From NCBI GenBank assembly GCA_016721245.1, contig JADKIQ010000020.1, positions 21,694 to 85,693 of the forward strand: 64,000 nt of DNA, read 5' to 3'. Of this stretch, positions 27,651-37,070 are shown in pieces. The notes beneath the pieces were generated by a model that ran no database searches, was not told the DNA's origin, and saw only the letters and a program-made list of their open reading frames with translations. The stretch is from Sphingobacteriales bacterium (GTDB lineage Bacteria > Bacteroidota > Bacteroidia > Chitinophagales > JADIYW01). The position numbers were made by a program, and so were the translations under genes. Every line of letters starts with the position of its first letter. The stretch's first letter is position 1.

Positions 27651-29477
27651 ATGCAAACGACAACAGTACATGAAACGCATGCAGATGTTCACGTTCACGG
27701 TCCAGGACACAGTGGCGGTCATCATCACACGGAAACGTTTATTTCAAAATATATTTTCAGCTTAGACCACAAAACTATCGGTAAGCAATTCCTGATAATG
27801 GGTATGGCATGGGCAATTATAGGCGGTTTCATGTCTGTATTGTTTCGTGTGCAGTTAGGTTGGCCTGATGAAACATTTCCTATTTTAGAAAGAATTTTTT
27901 CTACCTGGTTTACTGATGGAAAATTAAATCCTGAAGCATACTACTCTCTGATTACAATGCATGGAACCATCATGGTATTCTTCGTATTAACAGCGAGTTT
28001 GAGCGGTACTTTCGCAAATGTTTTAATTCCTCTACAAATTGGAGCAAGAGATATGGCGTCTCCTTTAATGAACGCGTTATCTTTCTGGTTTTTCTTTATC
28101 GCAGGTGTTGTAATGTTTGCTTCTTTATTTTTGCCAACAGGTGCTGCTTCTGCTGGATGGACGATTTATCCACCCTTAAGTGCACTACCACAAACTTCAC
28201 CAGGTTCGGGTAATGGTATGACATTCTGGTTGATTGCCATGGTATTATTCGTAGCATCTACTTTATTAGGTGGTTTAAATTATGTTTCTACTGTTTTAAA
28301 TATGCGTACTAAAGGTATGACGATGTTTAGATTACCGCTGACGGTATGGGCATTATTCTTTACAGCCATCATTGGTATCTTGTCTTTCCCTGTATTGGTT
28401 TCTTGTGTGGTACTTTTAATTTTTGACAGAGGATTGGGAACAAGTTTCTATTTGTCAAATATTGTAATCGGTGGTAAAGCCTTACCATATGCAGGTGGTT
28501 CACCTATCTTATTCCAGCATTTATTCTGGTTCTTAGGCCACCCGGAGGTATATATCATCATTTTACCTGCTATGGGTATGGTATCTGAGATTTTAGCAGT
28601 ACACTCACGTAAACCTATTTTCGGATACAAAGCGATGATTTTTTCTATCTTAGGTATCACCGTATTAGGTTTCATCGTTTGGGCACACCACATGTATCTT
28701 TCAGGTATGAATCCTTTCTTAGGTTCAGTATTTACTTTATTTACACTGTTAATTGCGATACCATCAGCAGTTAAAGTGTTCAACTGGTTGACTACATTGT
28801 GGAGAGGTAATATCCGTATTACACCACCATCTATGTTTGCTATTGGTTTTGTGTCTATGTTTATATCCGGTGGTTTGACAGGTATCTGGCTCGGAAATTC
28901 AACTATTGATATTCAATTACATGATACCTATTTTGTGGTTGCACACTTCCATATTGTAATGGGTATCGCTGCATTCTTTGGTATGTTTGCTGGTATTTAT
29001 CATTGGTTCCCACGCATGTTTGGCAGAATGATGAATGAAACAATGGCTTATATTCACTTCGCTATTACATTTATTGGTGCATACCTTATATTCTGGCCTA
29101 TGCACTTTATAGGTTTAGCTGGTGTACCTAGAAGATATTACTCTTTTAACGAAATTGAAGCGTTCTCACAATACGGTGACTTAAATAAATTAATCAGCGT
29201 AGCAACTATCATTGTTTTCTTAGGACAGTTACTTTTCCTCGTAAACTTCTTCTGGAGTATGTATAGAGGCAGAAAATCTGTACAAAACCCTTGGCAGGCA
29301 AATACATTGGAATGGACTTCACCTATCGAAGGTATTCATGGAAACTGGGATGGTGAACTTCCTACAGTACATAGATGGCCATATGATTACAGTAGAGATC
29401 CGAATAGTGACATTGATTTCATACCTCAGACGGTTCCATTGACTGAAGAAGAAAAAAAAGATAAAATTCATCATTAA
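27651..29477 (+). CDS. ctaD: cytochrome c oxidase subunit I
   Basis: 608 aa with heme-copper oxidase signatures (WFFGHPEVYIIILP, HHMY, VAHFH). Confidence 0.97.
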   Translation: MQTTTVHETHADVHVHGPGHSGGHHHTETFISKYIFSLDHKTIGKQFLIMGMAWAIIGGFMSVLFRVQLGWPDETFPILERIFSTWFTDGKLNPEAYYSLITMHGTIMVFFVLTASLSGTFANVLIPLQIGARDMASPLMNALSFWFFFIAGVVMFASLFLPTGAASAGWTIYPPLSALPQTSPGSGNGMTFWLIAMVLFVASTLLGGLNYVSTVLNMRTKGMTMFRLPLTVWALFFTAIIGILSFPVLVSCVVLLIFDRGLGTSFYLSNIVIGGKALPYAGGSPILFQHLFWFLGHPEVYIIILPAMGMVSEILAVHSRKPIFGYKAMIFSILGITVLGFIVWAHHMYLSGMNPFLGSVFTLFTLLIAIPSAVKVFNWLTTLWRGNIRITPPSMFAIGFVSMFISGGLTGIWLGNSTIDIQLHDTYFVVAHFHIVMGIAAFFGMFAGIYHWFPRMFGRMMNETMAYIHFAITFIGAYLIFWPMHFIGLAGVPRRYYSFNEIEAFSQYGDLNKLISVATIIVFLGQLLFLVNFFWSMYRGRKSVQNPWQANTLEWTSPIEGIHGNWDGELPTVHRWPYDYSRDPNSDIDFIPQTVPLTEEEKKDKIHH

Positions 29478-29506
29478 TACAGAAAGATTAAATTGCTTAT
29501 TCTAAC

Positions 29507-30412
29507 GTGAAAACAGAAAGAATATATATTGACAGACCTTCATTCGGTAAGATACTTTCTTTAAAGATGAAAGATATTATGGAATTAACTAAATTCCGGT
29601 TATCTTTTCTGGTTGTCTTTTCTGCAGTAATGGCGTATCTGGTTGCTAATCCACTCACTGTTGAATGGCTGAAAATCGTTTTGCTTTCTTTAGGAGGTTT
29701 CTTGGTTACCGCCTCTTCTAATACCATTAATCAGTTAATAGAGAAAGATACAGACAAGCTAATGGATAGAACAAAAAATCGTCCATTGCCTTCCGGAAGA
29801 ATGAAACCAATAGAAGCTTATTTAATTGCTGGATGTACTGGTGTAACAGGAATATTTATTTTGGGAGTGGTATTTAATCCAATCAGTGGATTATTAGGTG
29901 CATTAGCATTAATTTCATACGCATTTATTTATACGCCGTTTAAGAAAATAAGCCCAATTGCTGTATTTATCGGAGCAATACCAGGCTCTATGCCATTATT
30001 AATTGGATGGACAGCAGCAACCGGTACTATAGGATTAGGTGGTGTGATATTATTCTCTATTCAGTTTTTTTGGCAGATTCCTCATTTCTGGTCTATTGCA
30101 TGGTTATTAAACGATGACTATAAAAAAGCCGGATATTATTTGCTGCCATCCGCTGACGGAAAAAACAGAACAACAGCATTACAAAATATTCCTTATTTAC
30201 TGTGCCTGATTGCAGTAAGCGTATTACCATATGCATTTGGGTTCACAGGAAGAATATCATTAATAGTGGCTTTAATAGCAGGGTTGTTTTTTTTAATAAA
30301 CGGAATTCAATTAGCAACGGATATATCAGATAAAAGTGCAAGAAAACTGATGTTTGCATCTTTCATGTACATTCCGGTAGTATTTATTGCATTCGTTTTA
30401 GATAAAGTATAA
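29507..30412 (+). CDS. cyoE: protoheme IX farnesyltransferase (heme O synthase)
   Basis: UbiA-family motifs (NQLIEKDTDKLMDRTKNRPLPSG). The GTG start comes from the track, but the true start may be an internal ATG (MKDIMELTKFR). Confidence 0.9.
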   Translation: MKTERIYIDRPSFGKILSLKMKDIMELTKFRLSFLVVFSAVMAYLVANPLTVEWLKIVLLSLGGFLVTASSNTINQLIEKDTDKLMDRTKNRPLPSGRMKPIEAYLIAGCTGVTGIFILGVVFNPISGLLGALALISYAFIYTPFKKISPIAVFIGAIPGSMPLLIGWTAATGTIGLGGVILFSIQFFWQIPHFWSIAWLLNDDYKKAGYYLLPSADGKNRTTALQNIPYLLCLIAVSVLPYAFGFTGRISLIVALIAGLFFLINGIQLATDISDKSARKLMFASFMYIPVVFIAFVLDKV

Positions 30413-30414
30413 AA

Positions 30415-31038
30415 TTGGCAGAGACAACGAAATATAAGATTAATAATCAGGGAGCACACCGTTTCACTATGTACTTATTCATAGTGACAACTTCTATGAT
30501 TTTTGCAGGGTTTACAAGTGCCTTTTTAGTACGTAAAGGCGGCGGCGGAGCGTGGACACCTTTTGATATTCCGGCAATTTTTAAAGTGTCAACGTTACTG
30601 ATATTATTAAGCAGTGTGTTTTTGCAGGCTGCTCATATAGCTAATAAAAAACAGCATAAACTAATGACGGCAGTTAGTTTATTTTTTACGCTGGTATTGG
30701 GCTTGTTATTCTGTTACTACCAGATACAAGGCTGGAAACAGTTAAATGATGTCGGAGTTTATCTTTCTTTTAATCCAAATCCGGCCGGACCATATTTTTT
30801 AGTAATTACGTTTATACATGCACTACACGTATCTGTTGCAATATTGTTTTTATTTATTGCATTTGTGCATTCGGTAATTTTATTAAGAAGATCAACGAGC
30901 ATTGAAATATTAGATGAAATTGAAACAAAAGAAAAAGGAATCCTTAATATACGCACGGATTTACTGACTTTGTTTTGGCATTTCATGGGTATACTTTGGG
31001 TATATTTATATTTCTTTTTAACCTTAAATTTAAAGTAG
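30415..31038 (+). CDS. heme-copper oxidase subunit III-family protein (first of two)
   Basis: 207 aa with 5 TM helices and a TTG start. Subunit III-like, in the conserved position after cyoE. Confidence 0.7.
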   Translation: MAETTKYKINNQGAHRFTMYLFIVTTSMIFAGFTSAFLVRKGGGGAWTPFDIPAIFKVSTLLILLSSVFLQAAHIANKKQHKLMTAVSLFFTLVLGLLFCYYQIQGWKQLNDVGVYLSFNPNPAGPYFLVITFIHALHVSVAILFLFIAFVHSVILLRRSTSIEILDEIETKEKGILNIRTDLLTLFWHFMGILWVYLYFFLTLNLK

Positions 31039-31053
31039 AAAAATCATACTGTA

Positions 31054-31797
31054 ATGGCAGAAGTTTTAGAAATACAAGAAGAGCATCACGCAGATTTATT
31101 GCCTACGCCAGATAATGGCGAAGGAGGTGAAAAAACAGCAATGAATATCAGTTATGGTAAAACCATGATGTGGTATTTCCTATTATCTGATGCATTTACA
31201 TTTTCAGCATTCCTAATTGCGTATGCATCTATAAGATTAGCACAAGCATGGTGGCCAAATCCAAATTTGGTTTTTAAATCCTTTCCGGGTTTAGGACATG
31301 CAAATGCTCCATTAGCATTCGTGAGTGTGATGACATTTATTCTGATTCTTAGCTCTGTTGCAGTTGTACGTGCCGTACAGGAAGGCCACAGAATGAATCA
31401 GAAAGGTGTTATGCTTTGGATGATTGGTGGTATTGTTGGTGGTGCTATGTTCTTAGGCTGTCAGGCTTGGGAATGGAGTCACTTAATAGCGGAAGGTTTA
31501 CGTCCTTTCTACAATCCATTCGGACCGGATGCAAATGGTATTACACATTTAGTAGAAGAACATATGGCTGTATCACCGGGACCCATCGCATTCGGCGCAT
31601 TATTCTTCGGTATTACAGGATTTCACGGATTCCACGTATTTACAGGAGTTTGTATTAATATCTGGGCATTCTTTGCTACGGCAAATGGTACTTTCCAGAG
31701 AAGAGGTCATTATGAAATGATTGAAAAGGTTGGTTTATACTGGCACTTTGTGGATTTAGTATGGGTGTTTGTATTCTTAGCATTCTATTTAATGTAA
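31054..31797 (+). CDS. ctaE: cytochrome c oxidase subunit III
   Basis: 247 aa. The pattern FFGITGFHGFHVFTGV...YWHFVDLVWVFVF is typical of subunit III. Confidence 0.85.
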   Translation: MAEVLEIQEEHHADLLPTPDNGEGGEKTAMNISYGKTMMWYFLLSDAFTFSAFLIAYASIRLAQAWWPNPNLVFKSFPGLGHANAPLAFVSVMTFILILSSVAVVRAVQEGHRMNQKGVMLWMIGGIVGGAMFLGCQAWEWSHLIAEGLRPFYNPFGPDANGITHLVEEHMAVSPGPIAFGALFFGITGFHGFHVFTGVCINIWAFFATANGTFQRRGHYEMIEKVGLYWHFVDLVWVFVFLAFYLM

Positions 31798-31825
31798 TTG
31801 TTTTATAAAAAATTAAAAGAAAGAT

Positions 31826-32152
31826 ATGTCTAGTCATTTATCAGAAGAACAATATCAGTCAGGTGTAAAAGCAGTCTGGAGAGCAACGGCAATTCTTAGT
31901 ATTGTTACTGTAGTTGAAGTAGCAGTTGCACTAATATTAGGACCGCATTTGCCAAAATTAGTTATGAATACATTCTATGTGCTTGCAAGTTTAGCAAAAG
32001 CTTTCTTTATCGTAGGTGAATTTATGCACTTGAAATACGAGAAACGTGCCTTTATGCTTTCTCTTGGAGTTCCATTAGTTTTCCTGGTTTGGGCAATTAT
32101 TGCATTTGCTACAGAAGGACATTACTGGAATATCTTGAATCATCCTAAATAA
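31826..32152 (+). CDS. cytochrome c oxidase subunit IV-family small membrane protein
   Basis: 108 aa with 3 TM helices, in the conserved position after subunit III. Confidence 0.7.
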   Translation: MSSHLSEEQYQSGVKAVWRATAILSIVTVVEVAVALILGPHLPKLVMNTFYVLASLAKAFFIVGEFMHLKYEKRAFMLSLGVPLVFLVWAIIAFATEGHYWNILNHPK

Positions 32153-32158
32153 TCTTTA

Positions 32159-32899
32159 TTGAAAAATAATAAAAGAGTCGGGTTTATTGCTGCCGTAATA
32201 GTAGTTGCATTATTTCCGGTTGCATTCTTTCTGGTATTTAACTATCTGAATAAACATAGACCGACACTGGAAACGGATAAATGTTTGCCAATTTACGGTC
32301 CTAAAGAACCTTTTAAGTCGAAAGATTATCGTGACAGAGATATCATAGATACTGCTTATTTTAAAGTTCCTCCTTTTTCTTTTTTAGATCAGAACGGTGA
32401 TACTGTTACAGAAGCTATTATGAACGGAAAAGTAACCGTAGTTGATTTCTTCTTCACTACCTGCAAAAGCATCTGTATTGATATGACCAGCAATCTGCAT
32501 CTCGTGCAGGATAAATTTGTAACAGATAAAGACGTATTGATACTTTCCCATACAGTTGATCCTGAAACAGATTCTGTAAAACAATTATTCAATTATTCTG
32601 TTGAAAAGGATGTGAATTCCAGAATGTGGAGATTGCTGACCGGAGACAAGAAAGAACTGTATAAACAAGCTCGTAACGGGTATTTTATTACAGCGATGCA
32701 AGGTGACGGTGGTCCGACGGATTTTATTCACGATCAGAAATTTGTACTAATTGATAAGGAAAGACGAATCAGAGGATATTATGACGGGACAGATAAGAAA
32801 TCAGTTGATCAGTTGATAAAAGACATTCAAATGTTACTGGTGAGTTATATTGTTCCCATGAAAAGGAACGACCCTAAGTACAAGAAAGAGAAAAAATAA
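32159..32899 (+). CDS. SCO1/SenC-family copper chaperone
   Basis: Thioredoxin-like fold with a CxxxC motif (FFFTTCKSICIDMT) and a downstream His (LSHTVDPETD). TTG start. Confidence 0.85.
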   Translation: MKNNKRVGFIAAVIVVALFPVAFFLVFNYLNKHRPTLETDKCLPIYGPKEPFKSKDYRDRDIIDTAYFKVPPFSFLDQNGDTVTEAIMNGKVTVVDFFFTTCKSICIDMTSNLHLVQDKFVTDKDVLILSHTVDPETDSVKQLFNYSVEKDVNSRMWRLLTGDKKELYKQARNGYFITAMQGDGGPTDFIHDQKFVLIDKERRIRGYYDGTDKKSVDQLIKDIQMLLVSYIVPMKRNDPKYKKEKK

Positions 32900-32935
32900 A
32901 TCAGAATTTATAGATTGTTCTAAAATCTTTATTGT

Positions 32936-33472
32936 ATGCTTCAAAATACTTCTACTAAAACAATCAATCTTGTCATTGCAATAATTTCTGTTGCTGTACC
33001 CAGTCTGGTTATTGCTATGCTGAAATTTGCGCCACCTGCGATTACCCACAATATTGATTTGAGTTTTTTTCCAAAATTTCATGCTTTTGTAAATACAGGA
33101 ACTACCCTTTGTTTGTTAACGGGATTGTTCTTTATAAAAAATAAAAACAGTAGCTCTCACAGAATAGCTATGTTGACAGCATTATTACTTTCCGTTGTTT
33201 TTCTGTTGTCATACGTTATTTATCATACGTTAAAGGCAGAAGATAGCAAGTTTGGTGGAGAAGGGGTTTTACGTTATGCTTACTTTTTTATCTTGATTTC
33301 ACATATTATACTCTCTGCAATTGTATTGCCTTTTGTATTAAAAACTTTTTCTTTTGCATTTAAGAACGATTTTATACAACACAAGAAATGGGCGAAATTT
33401 ACTTATCCATTGTGGCTATATGTGGCAATCACCGGAGTTTTGGTGTACGTGTTTATGGCGCCTTATTATTAA
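32936..33472 (+). CDS. DUF420 membrane protein (oxidase-associated)
   Basis: 178 aa with 4 TM helices, in the typical gene position after SCO1 in aa3 oxidase clusters. Confidence 0.7.
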   Translation: MLQNTSTKTINLVIAIISVAVPSLVIAMLKFAPPAITHNIDLSFFPKFHAFVNTGTTLCLLTGLFFIKNKNSSSHRIAMLTALLLSVVFLLSYVIYHTLKAEDSKFGGEGVLRYAYFFILISHIILSAIVLPFVLKTFSFAFKNDFIQHKKWAKFTYPLWLYVAITGVLVYVFMAPYY

Positions 33473-33518
33473 CGCTAAATTCACTCTTCTAATCTAGTTA
33501 TTGTGTAATTTTACAAGT

Positions 33519-33749
33519 ATGCAAATCAGGAAATATATACCATTTATTTTTACAATACTTTTATTAAGTATTTCTATTCTCTCGCAGGCACAATGCGCCA
33601 TGTGTAAAGGTACTGTGCAAACTTCTCAGTATGCAAAAAGTATCAATAACGGTATAGAATATTTATTAATGGCTCCTATTCTCTTGGTTGGCGTTATTGT
33701 GTTTCTCTGGGTGAAAAATAAAGAGAAATTTCAAACAAAAGAAAATTAG
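33519..33749 (+). CDS. small secreted/membrane protein with a CAMC motif
   Basis: Start at ATG 33519 (MQIRKYIPFIFTILLL..). Has a signal peptide, a QCAMCKG motif and a C-terminal TM helix. Confidence 0.45.
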   Translation: MQIRKYIPFIFTILLLSISILSQAQCAMCKGTVQTSQYAKSINNGIEYLLMAPILLVGVIVFLWVKNKEKFQTKEN

Positions 33750-33817
33750 AAATTAATTTTCAACCTCAATTTATTCTCTGCTTCTGAATTCTTAAATTTT
33801 CTTTGTACTATTGTAAT

Positions 33818-35071
33818 ATGTCTCCGTCATTTCATATCAAAAAACCGGCGCAGGATTTTATTAATGGCTCCATTCAGTTAAATGGATCTAAAAGTATCAG
33901 TAATCGTGTATTAATTATTGATGCTTTATGTAAGAATCAGATTGCTATGGAAAATTTATCCAATGCGGATGATACGGTTTTTCTTAAAAATATACTTCAG
34001 TCAAAAGATAACGTTTTAGATGCAGGAGCAGGCGGAACCACCTTCCGTTTTCTTACCGCATTTTTAGCTACACAAGAAGGAAGGGAAGTGGTGCTGACCG
34101 GCAGCGAACGCATGCAGTTGCGGCCGATAAAAATCCTGGTAGATGCCTTAGTGCAATTAGGTGCAGATATCACCTACGAAAAGAATCAGGGCTTTCCGCC
34201 ACTAAGAATCAGAGGAAGAAAATTAAAAGGCGGGAAAATAAGTTTGCCTGCTGATACTTCTTCACAATTCATTACCGCTTTGTTGTTAATCGCACCAACG
34301 CTGGAAGAAGGTCTTGAGCTTGAATTAACCGGTACTATTGTTTCTGTTCCATATATTAAGATGACGTTGAAAATGATGGAGTATTTTGGAGTTCGTACCA
34401 AATTTGAAGGAAACAATATAAGTGTAGAATCCGGCAATTATGTACCCAAACCATTTTATATAGAAGCTGACTGGAGTGCAGCATCTTACTTTTATGCGAT
34501 GGCAGTTTTAGCAGAAGCTGCATCCATAGAATTAAAAGGATTAACCAATCAGCAAATACAGGGAGACGCAGTTATTGCTTCCATTGCAAATAGTTTTGGT
34601 GTAGAAACGACGTGGAAAGAAAATGCTGTTGAAATTCGTAAAATTAGCAAACCGGATATTAGTGTATTTGATTTTGATTTCCTGGAATGCCCTGATTTGG
34701 CACAGACTGTTGTTGCGTTTTGTGCCGCCTTGAATATAGAACTGCATTGCAAAGGTTTGCAAACGTTGCGAATTAAAGAAACAGACCGAATTGCAGCATT
34801 AGATACAGAATTACAAAAATTAGGTTTAGCTTCTTTAGTGGAGTTGGATAGCAAAAACTGGCAATTAATTTCAAATAAGCTTACGACTTACAACTCACGA
34901 CTTACGACTATAAAAACATATGACGATCACCGCATGGCCATGGCGTTTGCACCCTTAGTCTTGAAATTAAATGAATTAGTTATAGAAGATGCCAATGTAG
35001 TTTCAAAATCCTATCCGTTATTTTGGAAAGACCTCGAAAAGTTGGGATTTGAAATTACAACAGCGATTTAA
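33818..35071 (+). CDS. aroA: 3-phosphoshikimate 1-carboxyvinyltransferase (EPSP synthase)
   Basis: Contains LNGSKSISNRVLII, GAGGTTFRFL, SSQFITALLLIAP and YDDHRMAMAFAPL. The start is at ATG 33818. Confidence 0.95.
   Translation: MSPSFHIKKPAQDFINGSIQLNGSKSISNRVLIIDALCKNQIAMENLSNADDTVFLKNILQSKDNVLDAGAGGTTFRFLTAFLATQEGREVVLTGSERMQLRPIKILVDALVQLGADITYEKNQGFPPLRIRGRKLKGGKISLPADTSSQFITALLLIAPTLEEGLELELTGTIVSVPYIKMTLKMMEYFGVRTKFEGNNISVESGNYVPKPFYIEADWSAASYFYAMAVLAEAASIELKGLTNQQIQGDAVIASIANSFGVETTWKENAVEIRKISKPDISVFDFDFLECPDLAQTVVAFCAALNIELHCKGLQTLRIKETDRIAALDTELQKLGLASLVELDSKNWQLISNKLTTYNSRLTTIKTYDDHRMAMAFAPLVLKLNELVIEDANVVSKSYPLFWKDLEKLGFEITTAI
34880..34909 (+). repeat. degenerate heptamer array (CTTACGA CTTACAA CTCACGA CTTACGA CT), in-frame inside aroA (LTTYNSRLTT)
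   Basis: Read directly from the sequence. It has the same 30-bp length, boundaries and reading register as the pheT copy. Confidence 0.9.
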
Positions 35072-35660
35072 TTTTGGTAAACATATAAAAAGGGCAGTCC
35101 ACAGAAGATAAATTTGCCAGTACATCCGGAATTCCGCCACCCGGTGAGCCATATGCCTGATGTATCAACTCAATTTTTCCATTTCCAAGTGGAACAATTT
35201 TAAAATAACCTTTTGATTTAGGTATTCGTACGTATTTATCATTTTTTGGAATCAAATCAGGAGCACCATCTAAATTAATCATAATTACGCCTTTGCTGTC
35301 TGGTGGATAAAAAGTCATGTGCGTAATCGTTTCTCTGGATTTTATAAGTGGTGCAGAAATGATCATGTAAGTGTAGAAATCATTCTCATTATTTTTTTTT
35401 AGAACTTTCACGCTGCCTGCATCTACTTTGTACATCCATTTTTCATATTGTGAAATGTTTTTTAAAAAAGAAACCAACTTTTCAGATGTAATATTTAAAA
35501 CAATAGAAGCTTTGTATTCTTTAAGTGAAGAATTCGGTGTTTTTCTGTTCCATATCTTAATTCCGTCTTTATCTTTTTCCAGCTTCCATGGTTCTTCAGC
35601 AGAAGCGTATGAAAAACTTAGTGTAGACAAAGAAAAAAGCAGCAGTAATAAGTTTTTCAT
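35055..35660 (-). CDS. secreted START/SRPBCC-like lipid-binding domain protein
   Basis: Has a signal peptide. The W..EKDKDGIKIW.R......LKEYKA...I.....L......W... pattern and the C-terminal GGIPDVLAN match START-like domains. Its 3' end overlaps the aroA 3' end by 17 nt (convergent genes). Confidence 0.65.
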   Translation of the reverse strand: MKNLLLLLFSLSTLSFSYASAEEPWKLEKDKDGIKIWNRKTPNSSLKEYKASIVLNITSEKLVSFLKNISQYEKWMYKVDAGSVKVLKKNNENDFYTYMIISAPLIKSRETITHMTFYPPDSKGVIMINLDGAPDLIPKNDKYVRIPKSKGYFKIVPLGNGKIELIHQAYGSPGGGIPDVLANLSSVDCPFYMFTKIKSLL

Positions 35661-35810
35661 ATGGACAGAAATTTAAAAATAGTATACAAATATAATGCCT
35701 GTTTTTTGCATTTCATTTGTAACCAACAAAACTATAAAATGTTTAAAACAAAATGAAGACGGATGATTGAAACTTTAATTTCTTAACGAATTTTATGAAA
35801 ATCATTTTTT

Positions 35811-36848
35811 CTATACCACCTCTTGCGGCTTGTAATTAGGTTGTATGGAGTCATCATAGTAAAATTGCTGTGCCCACATTCTGTATTGCGTCACAGGACC
35901 GTCACCCTTGGCTAAAATTGGCGGGTCAATATAAATCTTATTCTCCCAGATTTTAAAATCCATACTTACATCATGGCAGTAGCCTTTGTAGGCGCCATTT
36001 AGTAAAATTTTATGGACTAATTTCTTGGGTAATAGATTTAGTAAAGGTGTGATTTTATTAAAATTTGACATCTTTTTTATGCTCACTCCGATGCGCAGTT
36101 TAAGCTTGCCTGTGTCCGTAGGTGTTGGCAGTACAAAGTGGCGGGTATGCATGCCCAGTTCGGGAATTTCTGTATTTACAAAGGAATAACCTAAGCCATG
36201 TACATGCACGTTAAACTCTGTTCGTATGTTTCTTTTCTTACCCACAAAATCTGCGATGCGGTACATGGCATATTTTGCATACAGATAATGGTCGTGTGTT
36301 TCCATTTCATGTAAGGTTTCTACACCTGTATATCCATGTACAATGCCGAAATGCCCTACATCCACACTGTTTTCTGAAGTTTCCTGTGGATGTGAATTAA
36401 AATTGTATTCTGCAAAACGCACTTCAGTCCACTCACTCCAGTCTTCCTGCGGAACAAACCACGACGGTGCATTATTTTTTTCATCAAACCAGATTAAAAT
36501 CAAATCGTTTTTTTCATCAGAATAGTAAGTAGGCAATTTTAATTTTGAAGATGGTTTTGAGTCGTAACCGGTTTTTGTACAGTCTCCTTTGGTGTCAAAA
36601 CAAAAATGATGAAAAGGACATTTGATGTTTTCGCCTTCTACTTTTCCACCGTATCCGAAATGACCGCCCATATGAGGACAGTAGGGTTCTGTAATTGCCA
36701 GTTTTCCGGATGCTGTTCTGAATAATAAAATATCTTTTCCTGCAAATCTTCTGGTAATGATTTCTCCATTCTTCAGTTCATTGGAATGTGCCACAACATA
36801 CCAACCATTAGGGAATGGTTTTAATGGAATTCTTTTGTAAGACGCCAT
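35811..36848 (-). CDS. Rieske [2Fe-2S] non-heme iron oxygenase (ring-hydroxylating/KshA-like alpha subunit)
   Basis: Rieske motif CPHMGGH..x17..CPFHHF and a downstream mononuclear-iron-type region (DVGHFGIVH). The start is at ATG 36848. Confidence 0.8.
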   Translation of the reverse strand: MASYKRIPLKPFPNGWYVVAHSNELKNGEIITRRFAGKDILLFRTASGKLAITEPYCPHMGGHFGYGGKVEGENIKCPFHHFCFDTKGDCTKTGYDSKPSSKLKLPTYYSDEKNDLILIWFDEKNNAPSWFVPQEDWSEWTEVRFAEYNFNSHPQETSENSVDVGHFGIVHGYTGVETLHEMETHDHYLYAKYAMYRIADFVGKKRNIRTEFNVHVHGLGYSFVNTEIPELGMHTRHFVLPTPTDTGKLKLRIGVSIKKMSNFNKITPLLNLLPKKLVHKILLNGAYKGYCHDVSMDFKIWENKIYIDPPILAKGDGPVTQYRMWAQQFYYDDSIQPNYKPQEVV

Positions 36849-37070
36849 AGCATATGGTTTAACGTAATTAAAAAAATAGCTTTCTATTGCAAAAATAATT
36901 GAAAAAATTAACAATCAGTATGTCATGCAGTATAACAAAATTGATAACAAATACTTAACTGAACCTTTTGACCAAACGTTTGTTATTCCAATGCGTGCAT
37001 TGTATTTTAGTATGTCATTTTGAACGAATTGTCAAACCTTTTGAATTTAAAAAAAATAAAATCAATAAAA

